Below, one piece after another: positions 1 through 12,429 of a stretch of 64,000 bases of DNA. Origin of the DNA: Octopus sinensis (lineage: Eukaryota); NCBI RefSeq assembly GCF_006345805.1, contig NC_043005.1, positions 52,452,001 to 52,516,000 of the forward strand, read 5' to 3'. Both the position numbers and the translations under genes were made by a program. Numbering within the stretch: the first letter of the stretch is position 1; each line of letters begins with the position of its first letter. The notes under the pieces were generated by a model that saw nothing but the letters and a program-made list of their open reading frames with translations, ran no database searches and had not been told where the DNA came from.

Positions 1-859
1 TTCGTATTGGCTGTGGTTGGAAAGTTGGAATTATATTCCGTTATGAAATTACGATGAATTAGAATATAAATTTCTAAATAAAATCTGCCCTCCAACCCTT
101 AAGGTAAATGTCCTTTCATAAACGAATTTAGTGACTATAGCTATATAACGAAGAGAAAAGAAGGAAAATGCCACTTAATTATAATATAGTAATTGTAATT
201 ATTGCCTTCGTTCATTTGGAACGTATTTGTTTAATCGCCAAAGCACTCAAACATTACATTATCATCTTTATATTATTACTGCTGTCTCTTTCGATCTATT
301 CTCACTTTTTTCTCTTATAAATACATATACACAAACACAGACATAGACATACACACACACATACATATATACGCATATATAATACCTATTCATATACGTA
401 ACACACACATACACACACACGTAACTATACAGCGTATTGTCATGTGTTGTTAAAGTGTTCTATAGGATGTTTTATGATAAGTTTCCTGACTCACTGCGTT
501 CTGAGTTCGAATACGGCCCAAATTAACTTTGTCGTTATAGATTTCATGTTTCAATATATGCAAAATGCAGTGGATGGGCGGGGTTTTCTGAGTTCAAATC
601 ACAAAAGCATTCGCTGACAAAAAGAAAATTTGCTTTATTTTAAGTTGTTCTAGTCTACGATTCTAAAATAACTATGTCAGAAATTATCATACAACGTTTT
701 CTCTTTCCATCTTCCTTTAGATCAAGTTTGGGCAGGCCCCCGAGCTTCAATACGTCTGTTTGCGCCGAAATAGGTACCTAAACCAATTACCAAAAGTACA
801 GTTCATGCTGCAAAGATATATATATTATATAAGTACATATATATATATATATATATATA

Positions 860-1991
860 AGAGGTAAATTAAAAAAATTATCGCACTTGCTCCACAACAT
901 ATCATCATTATTCTTGATACACTGCTTTCTCTGCATGCGTACTTATAGTTAGTAATATTGTGGTCACCTGATCGAATTTTGAACCTGATCGTGTCATTTT
1001 CTTCCTCCTTTACAGTGTAACCATGGCCTCTTCACTAGCAATGTGCACCATAGACGAAATAAGAGCAATGAACCGATTTCCCTGGAAAAGGGGTGTATGA
1101 TCAACAGTGCAAGATACGTGCTTTGCTGGCCAACAAACTGAAGCCAGCTATTCGCACCAAACGCCGAAGCCTGTTGTCGAAGACAGTTTTGTTGTTGCAT
1201 GACAATGCACACTCAGAAACGGCCGCCAAGACCCTTGAAACCAGTAGCGTAAATAGAGAGAGGTCAAAAGGGGCACGTGTCCCGGGCGCCGTTTGAAGGC
1301 GGGCGGCTCATCAAAATCAAGAAAGATGAGTCTTTAAGCAATTGTATTTTGTTTATTACATTTCATTTCACACATTAAGCTTTTTAGTGTTTCAACTGAG
1401 GAAGCTGATGCATTAAACGGTTAAAATAAGGGGGTTTCGGAAAAGTAAACACCCAAAAATTTGTTTTCAATTACAGGTTGTACCCAAACGACCGGCTAAA
1501 TGAACCCTGGTAAAATATTTATTCGTAAAATTTTGCTTCAAAACATTAATTACTTGTAACAAATAAGTACTATATAATATCGTGGATTTTGTGATGGTGT
1601 GGGGGCGAATTGTTGCAGCTTGCTCCGAGTATGGTTTACCCTAACTACCCCACTAGTTGACACCATTCACCAATTGGGTTGCAGGGGCTGGAACACTCTG
1701 CGTACTGCTCGCTCTCTCCCCTTGCGACTATTATATATTCGGACTGCTCAGAGATGGTTTACGAGGTCATCGATCTCCTAGGGATGAAGATGTGAAGGAA
1801 GTGGTGCAGAAATGGTTGCACGAACAACACAAAGCCCTTCTTCTTGGAGGGAATACGTAAGTCTCGTGGCCTGCTGGATCAAGTGCACTGGGAAGGAAGG
1901 AGACTATATAGATAAATGACGTAATTTATCCCCTGCTTTTGTGTAAATATATTGAAAAAAGAAGAGTGAGCATAATTTTTATCTCTCCCTC

Positions 1992-1992
<1 letters not shown>
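860..1992 (+). mobile_element. Decayed, internally deleted mariner (Tc1/mariner) element with transposase remnants
   Basis: Translations NKLKPAIRTKRRSLLSKTVLLLHDNAH-TAAKTLET / IHQLG...SPCDYYIFG.L...RGHR...DEDVKEVVQKWL match the mariner catalytic region (LHDNA, SPxD). Imperfect TIRs (TAAGAGGTAAATTAAAAAAATTATC left; reverse complement of right end TACGAGGGAGAGATAAAAATTATG). Both ends abut TA runs. Confidence 0.85.
1242..1655. mobile_element. hAT-like non-autonomous element nested in the mariner
   Basis: Ends CAGTAGCGTAAATAG / reverse complement TAGTGGGGTAGTTAG. Degenerate 8-bp target duplication CTTGAAAC (1234-1241) / GTTGACAC (1656-1663). Removing it restores the mariner frame ACC CTT GAA ACC ATT CAC CAA (TLETIHQ). 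Confidence 0.7.
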
Positions 1993-2025
<33 letters not shown>

Positions 2026-2682
2026 CTAGGTTCTTTGGCTGCTATTTCTAAAGTTCGATATGTGGTGAAGCAAACTATTTTGCTGAACCGTAATTATAAT
2101 TATACTCATAATTATAAAATATATTGTTTAAGTTAACCGAAAACGGTCCTTTTAACATGCCGAGTACTACTTCTCAATTTAATCAAAGATTTGACTTCTG
2201 TGCATTTTTGAGTACGATTCGGTAGCATGTTTACTGACTCGCTAACGTATCTTTCCTAGGTAGAATCATCAGAAGTGACGAAAAATGGGTTCACCTAATC
2301 ACATTTAATTAAAACTACAATGATTAGAATGCGATGAGAAAAGAGAATTCATCCCCCAACCAGGACCATACCTGTAAAATGTTATGCTCTGGAACGGATG
2401 AAATATGAACGTCATCGCCTGTCATGGAGGGTTAAGCGAAAACGAAACAGATAATGCGAAGAAATACAGTCGTCAATCGGAAGCCTTCCTCAGAAATTTA
2501 TAGAAAATATGTCCATGCTTGATCTAGCGTGAAAGGAATTTGCTCTTATACGATAATGAAGTACCACATATTTCCCAGGTTATGGCGGAAAAGATTATGA
2601 CATTAAATAAGTGAGTTTTGCCTCATATTCTTTACTCTCCTGATTTTTTCCTAGCTGACTATCAACTTCTCAGATCATAGTA

Positions 2683-2887
2683 ATATTGGTTTCAAATTTT
2701 GGCAGAAGGCCAACAATTTTGGAAGGGAGGTAAATCGATCACATCGATCCCAGTGCTCAACTGGTAATTATTTTATCGACCCCAAACTGATGAAAGACAA
2801 GGTCGACCTCGGTGGAATTTGAACTCAGAGTGCATGGACAGTAAGCATTTTGCCGACTTGCTAACAATTCTGCCACCTCGCCGCCTT
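2683..2887 (-). mobile_element. tRNA-derived SINE, family B (decayed)
   Basis: Reverse complement matches the AAGGCGGCGAG...GAGTTCAAATTCCGCCGAGGTCGAC...GGGGTCGAT consensus seen at 34932 and 52636. Confidence 0.75.
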
Positions 2888-2930
2888 CAGTTTATTTATT
2901 ATGAAAAGATTAAAAATTATGTTAAACCTA

Positions 2931-3370
2931 GGCGTAGGAGAGGCTGTGTGGTAAGTAGCTTGCTTACCAACCACATGGTTCCGGGTTCAGTACCCACTGG
3001 TGGCACCTTAGGGAAACAAGTGCTATATACTATAGCCGGGATGACCAAAGATCACTGTGCGAGTAGATTTGGTAGACGGAAACTGAAAGTAGCCCATCGA
3101 TATATGCATATATATATATATATATATATATATACATTCAGGCCTGCTGATGATTACGTAAGTATGAAATCACTGTGATACAGGCCTATATATTTTTAAA
3201 TGTCTTACTTTGAAAAATTGCATTCGGTGGGATTAGTAATATTTTGGTAGAAATGACTGATTGTCCCTCTTAGCGTTTGGCAGGTATATATATGCTCCTG
3301 GCATGTATGTATAATTATGCCCTCTATATATAAATTAATATATATAGATATATATATATATATATATATA

Positions 3371-3410
<40 letters not shown>

Positions 3411-3620
3411 TGTGTCTGTGTTTGTCTCCCCAGCATCGCTTGACAACCGATGGTGCTGTGTTTACGTCGTCGTAACTTAGCGGTTCGGCAAAAGAGACCG
3501 ATAGAATAAGTACTAGGCTTACAAAGAATAAGTCATGGGGTCGATTTGCTCGACTAAAGGCGGTGCACCAGCATGGCCGCAGTCAAATGACTGAAACAAG
3601 TAAAAGAGTATAAGAGTAAA
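2931..3620 (+). mobile_element. tRNA-derived SINE, family A, with a ~190 bp insert in its internal (TA)n/(TG)n tract
   Basis: The head (GGCGTAGGAG...GGTTCAG...GGAAACTGAAAG) and tail (GCTTGACAACCGATG...CAGTCAAATGACTGAAACAAGTAAAAGAG) match the uninterrupted copies at 3845-4263 and 47757-48187. Confidence 0.9.
3140..3187 (+). ncRNA. Type I hammerhead ribozyme motif
   Basis: AGGCCTG-CTGATGA-TTAC GTAA GTAT-GAAA-TCAC T GTGA-TA^CAGGCCT. Full core (CUGAUGA, GAA, A15.1-U16.1, H17=A), 7-bp stem I, 3-bp stem II with GNRA loop, 4-bp stem III. Position 10.1-11.1 is U-U instead of G-C. Confidence 0.8.
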
Positions 3621-3844
3621 AATAGTAACCTAAAATATCAAACCTAAAATATTATATAAACCTAAAATATTTCATGTCTAAGAGATCAATAATTTGTCAA
3701 ATAGATGGTATATTGGTTATCAATGATGAAGGGCTAATTTTGTGATCAGATAAATCAATCAACGCATAGGAACAATTTGTTTCTTCCTTGTCTCAAAATA
3801 CAAACGACACTCACTTTCCAACCGAACGTACGCCTTCACTGTCT

Positions 3845-4066
3845 CTACTCTCTTTACTCTTTTACTCTTTTACTTGTTTCAGTCATTTGACTGCGGCCAT
3901 GCTGGAGCACCGCCTTTAATCGAGCAACTCGAACCCGGGACTTATTCTTTGTAAGCCCAGTACTTATTCTATCGGTCTCTTTTGCCGAACCGCTAAGTGA
4001 CGGGGACATAAACACACCAGCATCGGTTGTCAAGCAATGCTAGGGGGGACAAACACAGACACACAA

Positions 4067-4099
<33 letters not shown>

Positions 4100-4263
4100 C
4101 GTCGGGCTTCTTTCAGTTTCCGTCTACCAAATCCACTCACAAGGTTTTGGTCGGCCCGAGGCTATAGCAGAAGACACTTGCCCAAGGTGCCGCGCAGTGG
4201 GACTGAACCCGGAACCATGTGGTTGGTAAACAAGCTACTTACCACACAGCCACTCCTGCGCCT
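3845..4263 (-). mobile_element. Full-length SINE family A
   Basis: A/B-box head, ACCTTGGGCAAGT CORE-like segment, internal (TA)n(TG)n, tail ending in (TAAAAGAG)n. Confidence 0.92.
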
Positions 4264-4715
4264 AAAATACTCGCATTAGATACAAGTAAAAGGATTCTTC
4301 AAAATAAAGCTCTCAAAAGTAAAGACAGGAAATGTGTATGAAAGCAGTTTTGAGGCAGAACCTATGGTTCACAAGTATTCCAATCTTCTTGTTCATGCTT
4401 GTCACAGGATATTTAACTACGGATATTTGGAGAGCGACACTCGTGTCGTACTTCATTATAATTCACAGAGATACATATGTCTCATTAATGAGAAGGCTAT
4501 TATCTGACGAGATGTAGCAGTACACACACACAAATATGTGTGTGTACGTACTGCTGTATGTATACAAATATCTATGTATGTGTATATATATATATACATG
4601 TATGTATATATATGAATATATATATGTATCTATATACGTACGTATATATATATATATATATATGTATGTATTTATGTATGTATGTATGTATGTATGTATG
4701 TGTATGTATGTGTAT

Positions 4716-4789
<74 letters not shown>

Positions 4790-5157
4790 GGATGTATACA
4801 CACACACAAACACATTCGCACACACACTGGTGTGTGAAGTAATATGGAAGTGGCGAATATGTCAAAAAGAATTTCTAGCTTAACAGTTACGAGTTCAATT
4901 CTCAAACAGTCAACATCATCCTAGTGACCTGGCTGCTAGTGTGAGATGGAGGTGCAACCGTTTGCCCAGCTGTTTCTTTCTGGCCTTCGCTACTGAAAAA
5001 AACCCAACTGACGTCATGGACATTAAAACTTTTTTCAAAACTATAAACACACACAAACACGCACACACACACTCATACATTCACAGACCACACATTCACG
5101 CACACAAACACATACACATTCACAAACACAGACCCATGCATGCATATACATATGCAT

Positions 5158-5290
5158 GGACGACAAGGATTCTAGTTGATCCGATCCTCGTGAAATTAAC
5201 GTGTAAGTGGCTGAGCACTCCACAGACATGCATAACCTTAACGTAGTTCTCAGGGAGATTCATCCTGACAGCAGAATGCGAAAATGCTGC
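5158..5290 (-). mobile_element. SINE family C 3' fragment
   Basis: Matches 27620-27760 (GATCCGATC...GTGAAATTAACGTG...GAGCACTCCACAGAC). Confidence 0.7.
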
Positions 5291-5883
5291 TCTCGAGTTG
5301 CGGGTGTTTTCCACAAGCCCTTGAAATGCCTGTTTTCAAAGAATGAACACATTAAACTGATTCATTTCATCAAAATACAATCCAATAGACCCATTTGAGT
5401 TTCCTATAATGAGCTTATGGCCGCAATCGCACGTATAACACGGAAACACTTACATAAAGATTAAGAAAAAGGACACTCAAAGAGCAGAAACCTCCGCCAA
5501 AGCAACACCAAAGTCCTCTCAACGATTAGCCGGAGATGTTTTTCTTTTCAAATGAGAATATCTAAAATAAACTTAACTGCTCTCAGAAACGAGAAACTAA
5601 ATATTAACCCGATCGCTCTCAAAAATTAAGTAAAAAAAACAAACAAACAAAAAGCAGAAAATGTATCCAGAATCCTTGTCCGGTCCGGAAACTGCAGCAA
5701 ATTCACCCTCTTTCTTTCACACTGTTACACCCAGTATACACACATATGCAGTAACTATATATATATATATATATGTGTGTGTGAGCGTGTGTGTGTGCAT
5801 GTATATATGTATACATATTACATAACCGTATTCTATGCATATCTAATATATAGATATATGTGTGTGTATACACACACACACGC

Positions 5884-5935
<52 letters not shown>

Positions 5936-6399
5936 GCACACACACATAAGAGCTTCAAATTCTGTCATTGAGCCAGTTATTTGCGAGGGAAGTGGGAATT
6001 CGATAACATTCACTCCAGTAGCTTGACTGGAGCTTATCTTATCGACCTCGAAAAAACAAAATCGACCTTAAGAGAATTCCAGCTCAGAGAATAAGACAGA
6101 CGAAACGCCACTAAGCTAACGTTCCTTCCAACTCGACACCTTATACACGATAAAAATACACTCTGCATACCATATCTATCAATATCAAAACCAAAATTTC
6201 GACTGTAAACATTTACTTCATAATTCTAGACGTAATAAACTCCTACCGAGTTATTTATGTGTTCATTCAAGCGGAACGATACATGTTAGTATTGTTAGTA
6301 TATATGGGTTCTTATTTATCACAGTCTTGGTACATATGTCACTACAAGATTTAATATCCGAGTAGAAATACCTGAAAATACAGTCAGGTTAATGCAGAG

Positions 6400-6637
6400 A
6401 AAATAAACTTACGTAAATTATATGTATGCGTAAGTCTGTCTATGTACGCATTTGTGTATCTTTTGTGCGCATATATGCATGCATACATATATATAAATAC
6501 ATGCATACATACATATGTAAGTATGCATGTATACACGTATGTATAGTGTATATATATCTATATATTTACTGTCTCTCTCTCCTTCTCTCTCTATATATAT
6601 GTATATGCCTACATGTACATGTGTGTATGTATATGTA

Positions 6638-6728
<91 letters not shown>

Positions 6729-7618
6729 CCACACATACACACACACATTCACACATGTCCAGTTATGTATGTAGTTTTTATACATACGTGTGTAAGATTA
6801 TATATATATGTGTGTGTGTGTATGTATGTATGTATGTATGTATGTATGTATGTATGTATGTATGTATGTATGTATGTATATATATATATACATACACACG
6901 CATGTATGAAGTTTTAGACCCACGCAGACAAACATATATATGTATTTACAAACACACACACACATGCGTACGTACACACGCACAAACAGAAAATCGCACA
7001 CGCATACACACACATATATATGTGTGTGTGCGTTTATATGTATATATATATATGATTTATATAATAATACAGACAAAATATACTTACGTAAATTTCACAC
7101 ACACGCACAAACACACACAGATATATATATATGTATATATACATACTCGCAATATACACATTTATATGCACACACTTGTTTGTATATATATATATAATAT
7201 ATATATATTAAGCATATATATATGCGTGTGCAGCTATTTGTGCGCATCACCCGTACAGCAACAACAATAACAACAACAACAGTACTAGCAACAACAGCAA
7301 CAGCTACAAACAACAACAACAACAACAACAACGGCAATAACAATACAATGAAGATGGAGTAATGTGAGTGTTTGGACATAAAGCAAAATTGGATAATTAT
7401 AAGAAACTATAAATTTAACTTCAGTTGTTGAATTCGATGTTTATAACGCCCCAAGTGACTGTATGCGTGATTGTATATCATCATTTCTCCTCATATAATT
7501 GATATCTTCAACAGACATTAACACTCCACAGGTGCTCTTATTACCTCCTTCAACCTGTACAGAACATTGAAGATGTGTGTGTGTATATATATGTACACAC
7601 ACACACACACATCCACAC

Positions 7619-7665
<47 letters not shown>

Positions 7666-7699
7666 ATATTCATATATGTAGATATTCATATATGCACAC

Positions 7700-7756
<57 letters not shown>

Positions 7757-8169
7757 ATATATATATATATATAATTATATACATATATATATATAACTAT
7801 ATAAATGCTGAAATACACAAATGCCTAACTGATTATCAATATGTAAGTGTGGAAGCATGTAGATACGCGTATATGTATATATGTATATATGAATGAATGC
7901 TTGTGTGTATATATGTATGTATGTATATACACATTTACATACATGCACATACACACTCACATACGCACACACATACACACATATACTCTACCATATATAT
8001 ATATATATATATATCTCAGATGGACAGACAGACAGTCTCATACATATAGATAAATATAGATAGATAAATACATACATAGATAATTCTAAGAATTGCTTGT
8101 GATACGCAATGCATACATAAATACATATACAAGCATAGGAATGTGTGCATGTGTGCGTGCGTGCTAAGC

Positions 8170-8225
<56 letters not shown>

Positions 8226-8596
8226 CATATACATATATATGCATATACATGTATATATGTATATGTATATGTATATATATAAACATATATGTATGCACAC
8301 ACATGCATATATATATATATATATGCACTTATGATTGTGTACATATATCAGTATAATGCTGAATACATATATCAGTGGAAATTATCTCTAAATATAATAA
8401 TTGGGTGTAGAAACCTATATACTTATGTATGGTTTCGCTTGTCTCTACGTTATGTTTATATGTAATCGTTTTGCGTATCTTTATATAAGTCTGTATGTGT
8501 GCGTATACACTACTCGTCTGGTGATATCCATATCGATGTATTTGTATATTAGGGAGCATGTTGCTATACTTCAAACTCTGTGTGTGAAGTGTGTGA

Positions 8597-8630
<34 letters not shown>

Positions 8631-9270
8631 ATGTATGTATGTATGTATATGTATGTATATATATATATGTATGTATATGTATGTATATATATATATATAT
8701 ATGTATGTATATGTATGTATATATATATATATATGTATATGTATGTATATATATATATGTATGTATATGTATATATATATATATGTATGTATATGTATGT
8801 ATATATATATGTATGTATATGTATGTATATATATATATATGTATGTATATGTATGTATATATATATATATGTATGTATATGTATGTATATATATATATAT
8901 GTATGAATATGTATGTATATATATATATATATATATGTATGTATATGTATGTATATATATGTATGTATATGTATATATAAATATGTATGCATATGTATGT
9001 ATATATGTATGAATATGTATATATATATGTATGTATATGTATATGTATGTATATATGTATGTATATATATATATGTATATATATGTATGTATATGTATGT
9101 ATATATATGTATATGTATTATATGTATGTATATGTATATATATATATATGTATATATATGTGTGTGTATATATAATATACATACATATTTATATATACAT
9201 ATATACACATATATATATTATATATATATTATATATATATATATATACATATATTTACACACACACATAT

Positions 9271-9317
<47 letters not shown>

Positions 9318-9370
9318 ATATACACATACATGCATATACACATGCGGATATCTTTACGTACATACACATA
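6400..9370. repeat. Large compound microsatellite field (TA, CA, TATG, CAA)
   Basis: Directly visible. Accounts for all the Y/I/H/T/C/V-rich ORFs here. Confidence 0.97.
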
Positions 9371-10145
9371 GCGTTCTGGCGTATAATGTGCGCATTTGCG
9401 TGATTCTTCCAATATACTGTTTGCTTGTATATATTTCATGTGTGTATTTACAGCCTTGTTTTTGTGTGCTTTAAATTTGCCAGATAGAAGAAAGTTTAAG
9501 AAGAAAATAGGCAAACATTGAAAAAGAGACCGAGCCGTCCAGGAATGGGTGGAAGGTGTTCACACGAAAGAAAATTGGCCAAAATAAATTGCATGACTTG
9601 AAATAATTATTAAAATATAATTCTTCCGTCCGACGTTATTGGCAACAGTTTGGCTCACTGGCATTGCATTAGGTCAGTAATCTTGTGTTTGTGGCCATTA
9701 TTTCTCATCGAACATATCTACTTTACGTGTATCCGAAACGCCCCCGAGAACATTTTGTCATTATTGTGTACACATACCTCTGACATGCTCATGCAAACAC
9801 ACACACACACACACACACATACAACATACACACACACACACACCACACACACACACACACTCTCTCTCTCTCATACACACAATACTCATGCGCACAGAAA
9901 TAAATATTTAAATAATAATAATGATATACACTCACACAAATATATACATACATATATATATATATATATACATGCATGCATGCATACATACGCAATTGTG
10001 TATGTATGTGAAGTTTCTCTTCTTAGCTGTCATTCGTAATCCTTGCTCCTGTGTCGCAGGAAATTTTTATTATGAAACACCCACACACAGACACACACAC
10101 ACACACACATGCACACGTATATATATATATATATGTGTGTGTGTA

Positions 10146-10410
10146 TATAAAGGGAAAGTTTACGAAAATAAACAAAAGACGAAGGCAGGTGGAGTACAAA
10201 CAAACAAATGTATTAGTATAGCGCTCAGGAATAGAAAAAGTATTTTACGTTTCGAGCCTACGCTCTTCGACGGAAAGATACACAGAAAAAAACAAGGAGA
10301 GAAACAAGGAGAGAAAAAAAGGAGAGAAAAAAAGAGAGAAAAAAACAAGGAGAGAAACAAGGAGAGAAAAAATGCGTGTAGTAGCTAACGATCTATCATG
10401 GCGTCCTGAA
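10146..10410 (-). mobile_element. Non-autonomous Penelope-like terminal element, copy 1, with minimal HHR-like motif at 10243-10277
   Basis: Homologous to 40504-40677, 43740-43885 and 48786-48996. Reverse strand reads CTTT CCGTCGA A GAGC GTAG GCTC GAAA CG TA AAA. Confidence 0.65.
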
Positions 10411-10479
10411 TTCGGACAATGTGTGTGTTAGCCCCTTTCGTCTATGTAGACGGTCGGTCAATTTAGCTTAATCGAACAT

Positions 10480-11200
10480 ATCAGGGGATCCCCTTCTTGC
10501 AGCTTCTTTCATGGATGCTTCTTCCTATGACTGACGCGCAGCCTCTCTCACCGTACTTGCATACCAAGAGGCTGGCTCGGCGCTCTGTATTTCTGTTGTT
10601 TTCCTTTCGCGCTGACACTTCTCAACTTGTTTGTTTCTGTAGTTGCTCTCCAGCGAAGCAGTTCCTTCCTTCACCGCAGTTCTCTATGTTGTTCTGTCCT
10701 CAACTCTCTCTTGCCAGCTGTTGACATCCATCTGACATTTGGACAAACTAATTTTGCAATTGTCCTTATACCTCAGTTTTTGTCTTCCTCTTAGTATCTT
10801 GCCCTGGGCCAGTTCTCCATAGAGCAGTTGCTTTGGGATTCGATAGTCATCCATCATGACTCAGCCACCTCAGTCTTCTCATACACAGGATAGCTGTCAT
10901 GCTTTGAAGATTTTCCTCACCTGCACTTCAACATTGGTGACCTTGTCGCGCGATGTTAGGCCTCAGATCTTGCGGAGTCATCTGAGATGGAAAATATCAA
11001 GGTACCTTTCCTGTCTGCTGTACAAGGGTCATGTTTCAGATCCATAGAGGAGTGTGCTGAGAACACATGCTTCATAAATCCTAATTTTCTTGATGTCTAA
11101 TCTCTTGTTCTTCCATACTCGTTTTGTCAGCCTTCCAAAAGTTGTTGCTGCTTTCCCTGTCTTGGACATTAATCTCATCATCAAGCTCTTTGTCATCAAG
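10480..11200 (-). pseudogene. RTE-like LINE reverse transcriptase C-terminal fragment
   Basis: Translation GKAATTFGRLTKRVWKNKRLDIKKIRIYEACVLSTLLYGSET, followed by decayed RLRWL / RIPKQLLYGEL / LRYKD segments with stops and frameshifts. Confidence 0.88.
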
Positions 11201-11382
11201 TATATATGCATGATCAAATATATATATATATATATATATATGAATTAGAAAAAAAAAACACCTTTTATCAATTCAACAATGAAAAAATTTTATTATACCA
11301 TATAGAAAAAAATTACATCCTATAGAATATATATATATATATTATATATATATATTATATATATATACATACAAACACACAC

Positions 11383-11436
<54 letters not shown>

Positions 11437-12429
11437 GAGAAAGAGAGGTAGAGAGGGTGAGCGAGATACAGAAAGAACGAGAGCTGGAAAAAGCGAAAGA
11501 AAGCTAACTTATCGCTGTGAGACTATGGACCACATTTATTTACTCAGTCCTGACTGCAGGTATTCCAGAATAAATTTTGATAGTCCTGGTGCAGAGGATT
11601 TTGTTTTTGTTTGTTTGTTTCTTTCTGCTTGTTGTTTCAACCAATTCGACCCTACAGCCCTTCCTCTATATCAATTTCGCTATTGTTTGCAATTATTCAC
11701 TTTGTTCCGACGTACATGCAGACCATCACTTTATTAAGCTATCATTTCATAATTACATGTGCATAACGAAAATTTCGCTGATCCCAGTGACAGCTCAACT
11801 CATTGTTGAGTACTGCTTTGATGACACACTCTTGTACACTAGATACAGATCACGTTTCCTTCCCAAGGCAACAGCAATTCCATCAGCATATACTCCAGGC
11901 GCATATGTGTGTCTCTGGCCTTCTACCGAGAGGTTTACTCTTATAAAAAAAAATGTCTATAAAACATAGCTTATACATCTTTTGCAGATGCCGACGCAAC
12001 AGTGTGTTAGACAAACCGAATGTAACACAGGTTAGGGCTTTTTTCTTGGTAAACCTGCATTTTGTTGACAGTCCGATGATAATTTATAACCACAATTAAT
12101 TACTGATAATTCTGAGAGCATCTGCAGACAACAGTCCATGGTGATTCTCCACTCCACGCAAGCTACACTCGTCAGAAATTGTGCTTCGCAAATATGTGAA
12201 TGTTTTCCCTTCATTCAAAGCTGATTTGCAAACGGGAACATCGGAGGTGCGTGCTTCCAGCATTCCTGGGTTTGATGTTTGTAGAATACTTCATTTCATT
12301 TCACATTTACTGTTAAATTGATAGCTGATGCTGTGCATTCGAAATGGTGTTTAATTTTTCTGATACATTTTGTGTCTGAGTCATCAGAGTAGAGACATTA
12401 GCGTAAAGAATTTCATAAATACATATTCC

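Noticed and set aside
4037-4279. Recurring peptide RQASFSFRLPNPLTR...GTEPGTMWLVSKLLTTQPLLRL (also 47937 and 63758)
   Set aside because: It is the antisense reading of SINE family A, not a gene family.
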